DNA of 20,000 nucleotides from Catajapyx aquilonaris (Eukaryota): NCBI GenBank assembly GCA_000934665.2, contig KZ537968.1, positions 177,151 to 197,150 of the forward strand, read 5' to 3'. Shown piece by piece: positions 1 to 10,200 of this stretch (position 1 is its first letter; each line of letters starts with the position of its first letter). The notes under the pieces were generated by a model. It saw only the letters and a program-made list of their open reading frames with translations, ran no database searches and was not told where the DNA came from. The position numbers and the translations under genes were made by a program.

Positions 1-64
1 TTTATCAGGTGCTATCAGCTACTATGCATAATTTTGAAATTTTGATTTTTCTCCTCACATGGAC

Positions 65-70
65 TTTATT
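65..70 (-). terminator. Candidate polyadenylation signal of the CUB gene
   Basis: TTTATT on + equals AATAAA on -, about 380 nt downstream of the stop codon at 450. Confidence 0.4.
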
Positions 71-449
71 TTTTGTATTTGTAATTACAACTATGACCAA
101 AACATTTTTGCCGGTTTTCATGCAAAGATAAGGAGGTATACTATTCACTTTTTCCCATGGTATTACAATTCTAACTTTAAGTGTGAATGAAAATCACGGC
201 AACAGACCTACTTGTGCTAATGTTCTCTGAATTAACAATGTCCATTAGAGAGATCATGTGTGGAGGATTTCTAATGTTGCGATATCCATATGCATTTTCT
301 GACGAGCATCACTTCACTTTCAGAAAATAACAGTTGTTATCTTGTTGCTAATTTTGTTGAAATGAATAAAGACTTTAAATTTAACAGTAACTTGCATATA
401 TTTTGATCATAAAAAAGAGTATGCATGACAGGAAATAATATCACCGATG

Positions 450-2111
450 TTACGATGCATCTCCACTCTTCATGAACTGTGTGTAGATAACTTTCCCCAG
501 CTCCTTCCATGTCTGAGAAGTTCCATCCTCACTTCTAGTGTTAAATACTCGCCTAAGCAGTGCCTTTCGAGCTCCGTCATTCAAGTAGTTGTCCCACCAG
601 CTCCAGAATTGCTAGGGAAATTATCAGAGTTGATAAGTACTCGCACTTGATATTAGAACTGCCCTCAAATGTATGTCATTATTGTTAAGTGGACTTGTTT
701 AATGCATAGGTAGAGGGGTGATCAACACAAGGAGTTATTATTTTTGCTACATATTGCCAAATTATTCATAGCATCATTACTCACCTGATATGTTAAGCAA
801 GCAGATACAGATGGAGCTGGTGTGGTAGTTGGTGGTGCAGTGTAGGTTGGGTAAGTGTATGTCGGATATGTATATGTTGGATACGTATGGGTTGGGTGTG
901 TATATGTTGGATATGTGTATGTTGGGTGTGTGTAGGTGTAAGTTGGGGGTGGAGGTGGAGTAGTAGTTGTAGGTGGGGGTGGGGGTGGAGTTGGATGGGT
1001 TTCGTTGTTCCATGGGCAGCACACTTCTGGAAACTTGATCTCCTGTCCTGGCTTGACGCAAGCAACTAAGCACATGAACCCAGCCAGATTGAGTTGTCCG
1101 TCAGTGGCAAACTTTATCTTAAAGTAGTCAGATGGTGATATGAACGGAGTCTGCCGTGACTGCCTCTGGCCACAGTACCTGTTGTATAAAGCACATTGCA
1201 TTGCTAGTGGTGTCGTGATGTACCAGGCAAAGATATGGAATTAGAGGTATTTTGCAGAAAGAAAAACAGAAAGACAGCAAGGCATCCCAATATCTCTCAT
1301 ATGCAAAATATGAATAGGATGTGACAGAAATTTTTTGCATTCCCATTTAGAAGCTACATTGACAGTATCCCACATAAGTTATACAACCCCAACCAACCTC
1401 AAGTTTCCAACATGGCTACTGAGTCTAACATAATCAGTTTTGCATCCATCACTGAGCTCTATATCCATGCATGGACACTGGACGAATATCTGGCATGAAG
1501 AGGTGGCTTGAAAATTCCAGGTACACTGATCATCAGACAAGTAATTCTGGAGGCCAAAATTCTTGCTCTGAACTGTCGCCATGGCACCAGGGGGCATCCG
1601 GTAACGGCCACACTTCAACTCTACACATGAAGCATAACAAACACTTGAGACGCAGTTGTAATGATGGAGGCACACATAATTCACTTCCTATTATATGACC
1701 AAGTGAAACATGCCCATCGCCACTACACATCAAGTGCATCTTTGTGTACATGCATTGTAAGAAAACATGCAATGTATGAACTTACTTTCATTGAGGGAGA
1801 ATGCCTTGAGAGTCCTCGCAAATCCTCTGTCTCGAGTCTTAGACTTGTGAACCTCATTGGCCTCGGGCGGGTCATCTGGTTTGTCAAAAATGACCACCCC
1901 TTGTGACGACTCATTGGCAGCACTTACAAGCATATTCCCATGGAAGTTTAAGAATCTGGGGATCGGAACTGTCTTCCCTGGTGCTTCTTCATCACACTGC
2001 AAGGTCACTCCTAGGTCACTCCCAATTCCAGCACAAAATCCATTTTCTACTTACCAGGACTGTGTCCAGGGTGTGGAGAAAGATAAGTACCAACACTGTG
2101 TTCCTCCTCAT
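450..2111 (-). CDS. Secreted CUB-domain protein with Pro/Thr/Tyr-rich repeat stalk (5 exons, 348 aa)
   Basis: Exons in transcript order: 2111-2055 (caacATG; MRRNTVLVLIFLHTLDTVL, signal peptide), 1996-1786 (CDEEAPGK...FSLNE), 1620-1398 (KLKCGRYRM...QSKNFG...QCTWNF...GCKTDYVRLSS), 1178-785 (YCGQ...IKFATDGQLNLAGFMC, then Pro/Thr stalk and TYP repeats), 611-450 (QFWSWWDNY...GDAS*). All introns are GT-AG with matching phases (0,1,2,0); total 1047 nt with no internal stop. CUB hallmarks recognised: CG, CxW, CxxDY, YCG, FxTD...GF. Confidence 0.85.
839..946 (-). repeat. Coding ~15-bp tandem repeat (P-T-Y-T-Y/H pentapeptide)
   Basis: Encodes PTYTYTHPTYTYPTYTHPTHTYPTYTYPTYTYPTYT within exon 4 of the CUB gene; about 7 degenerate units. 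Confidence 0.85.
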
Positions 2112-3999
2112 GTTGAACGACAAATGAACTTATTCTGTCACTCCTCTGTGCTTTTGTACTCTCTGCAGGTGTTGAAATATTCGCCACTCTCGCTGGACAA
2201 AAATATGTGGTACGGAATTCCTCATTAGGGACAAGCATTTAGGTAATTTCCCATTGTGTTATTGTTGTATCTGCTCCACTCTTGTCGCTACTGGTTTTTG
2301 CTGTTCTACTTGCATTAATTAAATATCGACCTGCTGGCATCATTGTATGTATAACATACTGGATGACATTAGACAGATTTGGTCTGCAGGAAAAGGGAAA
2401 TAACATGTTGTGTAACATTGCATCCACAATGACTTTGAACAACTGCTATTGGCATTGTAATTTGCAAAGTTCGCTTGTAATTAGTGAAACTTATTAGTCA
2501 ATCTAACTACTAATTAATTTCACTGGAGAAGTATGGCATTTGGCTATAGTGAATTTTTGCGTAAGGTTTTTCTGGCAGCATGCCACTCATTTTCACTCGT
2601 CATTTTGCACATTGTATGCATTGCTTTCCAATCATTTTGTAGGAATGACAGCTAATGCTGAGAAATTCTAACGTGTCCGATGTCGTAATTTCACTTGGGA
2701 AAGTATGGAAAATTACTGTCCCACTATAAGCATTTCCGCCATTTGTCCATGGATTGTTCGGGAATATGAAGCGTGCCCATAAATAATGCTCCCAACTCCA
2801 TCGAGAGTCGTTCCACTATTGCAAGGGCTCTCTATCGTAAATAAAATAGTGCCGGAAAGCAATGCTGAACATGCTGGGTTAAATGGACGGGAACCTCCAG
2901 ACATATGTCACAGAGCAAATCCATCAATGTCTTCGCACTCACGTCCAACAATATAACTATTGCATTTGGTGTGTCATGATACACGGTACCGTAATTACTT
3001 ATGTTAAAAGCTTTACCTTTTTTCGAATATTGACAAAATTGGCACAATTTATTTTGATTGCTGAAGTAAGACTAAAATTATTCCACCAGTTTTATTTTTA
3101 TTTTGTTATCTCGATCCGCATACAGTAAAATTATGTCCAGAGTACATAGCACATGTGTGGCACATGTAATAGTGGTTGCTAATTGCTGAGTATATGCTTT
3201 GGAAATCCCATGCAGTCAGTGTTACAGTGTTTTCTATTGTCTATTCCAACTTTAACTCACGTCAAAAGCCAGCCCAGGCTACTATGAGTCTATTTTTTTT
3301 ACATGCTCTTTTGTTAATGAACTACGTGTACCTAAAACGGGTACATTTTTTTTGCAACAAATTACATACAGTTGGAGGCGGTACACATTCGGCACACCGC
3401 AAACCACAGCAGGACGTGGAAAAGGTTTTATAGTGCCTACAATTGCCTATTTCGTGACTCTGGGAACTGTTTTGCCTATCCTGACTTTTTGGGACTTTTC
3501 ATACCTATTTAGCCTTTTTTGGGGGATAGTTTTTGAACTTTTTGAATCAATTTCGGGACTTTTTGGTCCTATTACGGACCTATTCCTTCATATAGGCAAG
3601 GCATTTTTATTTATTTTATTTTATTTATTTATTTGCGGAGTATATTTTGTGCTCCTGAAAGGACCAAAATCGTTCAGAAGTAATACTATGAATCATGTTT
3701 CCGCGACGCATATGCCAAATATTTTTCTAAATTTTCCTGTGATCAGAAGAATTTAGAAAAATATTTAGCAACATATTGTGCAAGTGGAAACTGACTATAT
3801 GCTATATGCTTCCTACAAATAGGCCTACAGTAGGCTCATTTTACTTACTTTTAAGGCAATATTCAGAGTTTGATATAGCCTTGTGTATACACTACTACAT
3901 TTTTCAAGTATACCTCCATAATATATTCTCGGGCTGAAATCAATAAAGTGTGTCTGCCCAATCAAGAATCGACAACAGCCCGTATATTTCCCAGTGCGA

Positions 4000-4444
4000 T
4001 AACTAATTCGCATCTCATTGGCCCCACTGCCAAATGTTCCCGCTTCTCTCTGATTCTATACCAGACCAGGGTGGTCGATCATGCGGCCTTGCTCGGTGCA
4101 AAAAAGAACCATCCAACTGCACCTGCTCTGAAGGGTGGCTCCCTCAGCCTGGGCTTCCCCAAAGCCCCTCAGTCAGAGGGCTGTGTATTTATAAACAGTA
4201 CACGAGTCCCGTGTGTCATGTCCGCATTGTGTTGGGGAGGGTTCGGTGCCCAGTGGTATGCATGCGGACGTCAATAAACCACGTTGGGAGGGGTAGCCTC
4301 CTACTCTCGAAGGGTCACTCGTCGTGTTGGGTCAGCAACTGAAGGGGCAATGTGGCCCAGGGTGGTGGTCATCTTCATGGGGCTTAAGCTCCTGTCCGTC
4401 GTACCACCACGTTCACATGGTGAGTCCACTGCCCCCACGTTACA
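4000..4444 (+). mobile_element. LTR-like fragment (possible truncated solo LTR)
   Basis: GC-rich island with TATAAA (4190-4195), AATAAA (4273-4278) and a terminal ...ACGTTACA (4444), in U3-R-U5 order. No matching 5' TG end or target-site duplication found; start coordinate is approximate. Confidence 0.35.
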
Positions 4445-4756
4445 TGTGCATGTACGTTGTATTTGCATGGCTAATTGCGTTTGTTAATTATTACGAATTT
4501 GTGGTGCATGTCTTGTGGACGTTGCAATGTGCTGGCTATGGATAGGACCAGGGGAACCAGTCGAATTGATTTGCCAAATATTGCGTCGCTCCGGAGAGGA
4601 GCAAGGACCGGCAAATGCGAAAAAATTGCATGCCAATCTGATCCTGGTATTGTTAGACCTTGGCGGTCCTTGCCACCTGAGATCATCGCTTATTTGTGTA
4701 TCCATTCATACACGAGGAATGCTGGATGGCATATTGACATGGACTTGTGGGCGAGA

Positions 4757-4757
<1 letters not shown>

Positions 4758-4820
<63 letters not shown>
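4758..4820. repeat. (TTA)21 microsatellite
   Basis: Perfect trinucleotide run; it explains the poly-Ile and poly-Leu ORFs. Confidence 0.98.
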
Positions 4821-4822
<2 letters not shown>

Positions 4823-5039
4823 GGCGAATGGCAGGTAGTCTACAGTTCATTAATGAATGATACTTTTCATAAAAAAATAACAAGGGAAATATATAAGATG
4901 TTAATGTATCCTTCCTTCACAAAAATTGCCCAATATTGGACCGTCCAATTTTATTACGTGGGTACTATAGAATGGATCACATGGTTAGGGGCACAACAAG
5001 CTACAAAAATAACTGCTATCGGGCGATATCAGTTATCAC

Positions 5040-5070
5040 AAAGTGACCCACGAATCTGGAACACCCTGTA
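5040..5070. mobile_element. Orphan Tc1/mariner-type terminal repeat
   Basis: ...GGAACACCCTG|TA is the reverse complement of TA|CAGGGTGTTCC, a common mariner-MITE end. No partner end was seen in the window. Confidence 0.35.
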
Positions 5071-7038
5071 TCTTACCAAAGTAAAAGACTTTAAAAATCA
5101 TAATCTTTAAAAGAAAATTAAACTCCATGTACTTACGGTCTGCTAAGGCATAGACAATCGGTGCACAATTTTCTCATTGAATAGCTGTAGCGAGACTCTC
5201 AAGTAGCGTGGTTTTAGTTTTAATAGAATGGGCCATAAAGAGTTGATTGCTGCTTCGGCCTTAGTGACAAAAAATTGGGAGGGCTTGTAGAAGCTGCCAT
5301 TACAATAAAAAGTATAGGTACATTAAAAGTACAGGTAAATATCAATTATTTACTTGCTCTAACAGGTTATAAACTAATAAAATAATAAAATATAAAATAT
5401 ATTATAAAATGAACCTGTGTGAAGGGTTTCCAGTTTTGGGAGAACACTAGCATCACACTGTTTTTGCCCCCCGAATCCCTCGTTTTGTTTAAATAACTGA
5501 CTAAAATATATAAAACAGAGTGGGATGGAATAGTACACCTTGCGTAACATTCTGATTAAACATTATTGACTGCCGGATGCATATGAACTTGTCACTATTC
5601 GAGTTTTGTCAATAATAATTACTGTACATTCAAGAACCTCCTTGTTAATACAGTTTAGGCCTACTACTGAGATAAATGTTGTCAGAGAGCTAAGTCCACC
5701 ACACTATGAAATGCTTCACCCAAAAACCTTTCCATTAAGTGTCAAAGAATATCTGAATTAATCAGCAGAGCGTCATGAGAAGTAATAAAATATTGCGTGT
5801 GTGCCCCGTATATACAGTATAGAATAGACTGTAGACAGTGGTTTTATGTGTGTCCACCATGGGGTGTGACCCTTTGGCATAAGTAATTGCTCTGTAGCTT
5901 AATTTTCTCCCATGTGCCTCGACAATTTATGTCAGGTTCGTGTTGCGAAGACGTTACGTTCTGTAGTATCTGGTTACTTGCATTGTGATCAGCTGTCAGT
6001 TACATTTGTAAAGTATAATGTACCACGCATTGAGGGTTATTTCGATTGTGTAGTTACACAGCTGTTATTCAAATCTATTTACGCCGCTGTATAATAGATA
6101 AGTACATTCACGTTGTATAACTGAATTTTATAATATTTGCAATTTCATATATTTAAAAGCGAGCCAGATTTCTATATATGTATAGATTGTCAGACAATGA
6201 GCTAAACTCTTTGCGATTAAATCGGAAGAGAGCAATCTCTCGTTGGCTAAGAGTTGAGAGTGGCGCCATTTGAAGACTAGACTTGGAATCGATCTGGCGT
6301 GGCTCATGTAATTAAATCTCCATTTCCCTAGGATGTTCCTCAGATTCATTATGCGAGAGCGAGGAAGGGCATGCTGCATGTCCACCAAGGGAAAGGAGCC
6401 TTTCCCGAGGTTTTGTTTCGTTTTGGGGAAATTGGGCTCACGCTGTGGCCACTCGCTACTGCTCGAGAACATTCAAAGGATGTAATCCTGTGGGATTTTG
6501 TACAGCTGACACGATTAGATGACAAGAAGCACCGTTTCCTCGTGTTCTATGAGCCAGTGCAGTGGCCATTCATTTATTTATAATGTGCATATGTATCCAT
6601 TGCATATCCCTTCCAATATTGATTTTATCGGTATCGATAATTTTCAGTGGGAATTGTTCCTAGAAATATTAGATGAAAAAGTTAAACTCAGTTTTTCAAT
6701 GTCTGTTTTCTGAGCAGTGAAAATACGAGCTTGCAACTCGCGAATTTGCAATTTTCGCACTTTAGATGGCCACATAACGTTAACATTGCAGAGTGTTGAT
6801 TCTAATTTCGATGGAAATGGCAGCATGCTGATTGCACAGTATCGCAACACCACAATAGGGAATTATTGTTAAGCGCATTGTAAATTTTATTAAAATTATA
6901 GTTCGTCAACTGACGCCTGACGCTGAGAATTCTTTTACAAGTAAAGCAAAATTACCGTAGGATTTCTCTGAAATATTTTTAACAATTATGAACTTGGTGA
7001 AATGTCATCCTCTGAATTTGTTTTCATACAGTATAACA

Positions 7039-7267
7039 CAGTGGTTTCCAACCTGGGGGTCGCGGGCAGGGTCGCGGGGGGTCGGAACCTTTGTTAAACT
7101 TTTTTTTTGCAATTTCTGTATAAATTGGACCATTTTTGCGGCCGTACAGAGTGTATGTTTTCTGAAAATGGGTCAGTTGTAGAAGGGGGCCGGGGGGAGG
7201 GGGGGGGTCGCACATTTATGGAAACATGTTTAGGGGGTCGCAGTTGGTAAAAGGTTGGAAACCACTG
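7039..7267. mobile_element. Non-autonomous hAT (Charlie/Buster-like) MITE, 229 bp
   Basis: Perfect 16-bp TIRs CAGTGGTTTCCAACCT / AGGTTGGAAACCACTG; 8-bp flanks GTATAACA (7031-7038) and GTATGATA (7268-7275) match at 6/8; repeated subterminal GGGTCGC motifs. Confidence 0.85.
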
Positions 7268-10200
7268 GTATGATATGTTAAAATAGACCTACTTTGCATA
7301 AAGCCGCTTGTAAAAAGTACAATTTCGGAAAGTGCTGTATGAAAAGTCACATAATGCATTTCTTTCATTTTTCAAGCACTTCAATAACATTTTGTACATT
7401 TCACTACTAGACATCTACTAGACTCAGGCTGTACTACTGACATGCCCAGTCTAGCAACATCGTGTGTGTCAGTTGGCACCGTCAGTTCTATTTTCAGCAC
7501 CGATGCCTATCATCGGTATGTTTCAGACCTGAAGTCTGCACTCTATCGTTATGATGAATAATGAACGTTGTTATTGCGTCTTGCGCTCCAATTTCTTTAC
7601 ACTCTGACTATTGTACGTATTTCGTATAAATGTTGGGACAAACTATCCAACCTTACGACGAAATACACCAAGCTGTGCATGGGTGATTCTTTGTGAAAGT
7701 CTCAGAAAAGTGCGCCTGGAAGCTAGGCAACAAAGTGTGCACCTGTTACGGCAGCTTGGCGTTTAAAAAACAGCGTTTTAAAGACGAGGGTTATTTTAAA
7801 TGTAAATTTTCAAATGAGGGCCTTTATATTTTCTATCTAAAGTACTGTGTATACGGTGTGACCGATCAAAGCATAAAAACCGATAGTTGGGAGCACTGTA
7901 CATACCACCACTTACCAGTAACTCAAAAATAAATGCCATTTTTCCGGCCGTAACTTCAAATTATCAGTTTTATAAACCGTAACGGCATCTGAAGTATAAC
8001 TCAAGGCAGCTCAACTTTACAGGCTGTACCGAAACAACGGAATGGAATTAGACAACCATTGATTTTTGCAATTAGATATTCATGAACCTGGCCCATGAAA
8101 CGGCAGCATACTGTATATGTAATGAGGGGGTAATAAGCACCATAAGCGAAGACGCAGGTATATATAGGCCTGAACCACGTTGTACGCTCAATAATTCCAC
8201 CTTTCATGTTACGGCCCCAATTAGTAACGAACACCAAACTTGTGCCAGGTAATCTCCGAAATAAACGTACCTTTGAAAATATTTCATATCCGAGCATACT
8301 GATAATAGGGCAGACAAAATAATTAGCAGCCTACAGTTTTAAATTTAAAGCTGCTTTTGCAATAAGATTATAAAAGCTTACATGGCCCCTACTATTTGCT
8401 GACGACTTATACAATGAATGACAATTTTTCATATAAGTCGCCCGTCAGACAGACCCTTTTGAAATTCGCCAGACTACTGACCCCCCAAAGCCCCTACATA
8501 ATTTAACAACGATAGATCACGTCCCAAGCACACTTTTTCCCATTTTGAACTCCCACGTGGCAACCTGCGTTGAAAAATGCTCATCCATATATTTATGCCT
8601 TCTTTTGAAAAATTCTCCAAGCCGCAGAAACCGTTTTGTATGCGCCCCCTTTTCTCTCACCATCTGGCATAAAGTTGAACCATTTTCCATTATTGCATCC
8701 AGCTGCAAAAGATGGCCGCTTGGTTGTTGTCCACGGACGTGATTGGCGTCAATTGGACTCTAATCGAAAATAGTCCCCCAGTTTGCAGGGCTCAAATGGA
8801 AAGCAATTCAAGGCCTGTCGCGCATTTCGTTCCGCTGCGGTCCAAATGACTACTGCTGCAGACCCAAATTGTTAAGCCCAGCCCAATATATGACACTTGC
8901 ACCAGAGGGAGTTTTAATCTGGTCCAAGTTGCTGGCCACTTCTGGACAGGACAGTTGGTGCCAGTGAGTTATGACTTGTTGGTAACAGCCGGAGAATTGT
9001 CTCGTTTGTGGTGTGGGAAATATTGGTTTCAGAAGCAAAATGTCAACAAAATTTTTTAATGAAATTTAAAATAACCGCTTTTTGTGTACATGTTAAAGTT
9101 TACATGTCAAATGGTGTTTGACAAACATTTTTTGACGTACGTGTAAACTGACATTATTCATGCTCCCCATTTTGAAGGGTGTGGCAGCATGCTTTGAGCT
9201 TCTGAAGCCCCCGTAGGGTAAGCGGAAATGCCGTACAAAAAAACACGTCTGTCGCAGGAAAAAAAAAAAAAGATCGATCCTACAAAAGTCTAGAAATAGC
9301 ACAACTGCCTTGAAGTGATCTACAATCGACATATATATTTAAAAAAGGAAGCTGGACACCCACCATTTAGTTCAAGTCAATCGATCTCCTATCAGGCGCC
9401 AATTGGAACATTTCTTCGTCTTTCGTTACAAATTGGTCCCCCGTCGAGTGAGAGACAACCCGAGTCTTTGTGGTTCAAGCACCCGTAAAAGAAGAAGAAG
9501 AGAAAAAAAAGGGGGGGTATGGTCTCAGAGGATGAGTCTTTCAAGTCCACGGCAATCAAGTCTCTAAAAGGATCAAATTGATGGAGAGGAAACGGGGTCG
9601 GGGATCTTAAGAGCTTGAATGGATAGTTTGCATGATTGCTTGATGTTGACCAACTAGTGGTTGTCACTTTGTGTTGTATATGTACGCACCCTTATGTGTT
9701 GCTTATTTTTGAGGGGTGAAATCGCACTTGATGGGATAAAACCAGTGCTTACAAGCTGAATTTTTTACTGGGTGGCAATTGGATATCCGAGGCCAGATGC
9801 AATTTAAGAGGGCGTTGGGTTCATGAGTCATTTTGGGTATAGCTATGGTAAGCAATAAGTTACATGGAAATTTTTCATGAAATGTGAGTTCATTGAAAAA
9901 CTGTCAGATGTCAATATTGCAATAGCTATGTAATTGCTTGCACAATTTTCACCTTCCCATATTGCTATTTGCTGTCAAGCACAACCTGGAATCCTAAGAA
10001 TCGGCAGGTCATGCCGTGACAGTGACATTGCGAGTAATGATTGACAACCCAATTAATTATTAAATTGTGCGTACTATCCGATTGTTTTGAATCCAAATTA
10101 CTAGCGCCAAAAAAAATCGATTGTAACCATGGCCCCTATAGTCAAGTGCGATTACTCCGTACCTCAGTAAACCAACATAAGTGTTGCTTGTACAGGATTG

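Noticed and set aside
777..1073. His/Gln-rich and Trp/Cys-rich ORFs overlapping the repeat
   Set aside because: They are alternative frames or the antisense of exon 4 of the CUB gene.
3352..3756. 134-aa hydrophobic, membrane-like ORF
   Set aside because: The hydrophobicity comes from T-rich low-complexity DNA with repeated GGGACTTTT motifs, more like transposon subterminal sequence.
4475..5110. 211-aa ORF with poly-Ile and the overlapping poly-Leu ORF
   Set aside because: They read through the (TTA)21 microsatellite and show no recognisable domain. A LINE 3' tail was considered but the support is too weak.
6632..6639. Perfect DRE palindrome TATCGATA
   Set aside because: No supported gene start lies nearby, and a single 8-mer in 20 kb is unremarkable.
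8517..9040. Short ORFs in a moderately GC-rich block
   Set aside because: No family motif and no coherent splice structure.
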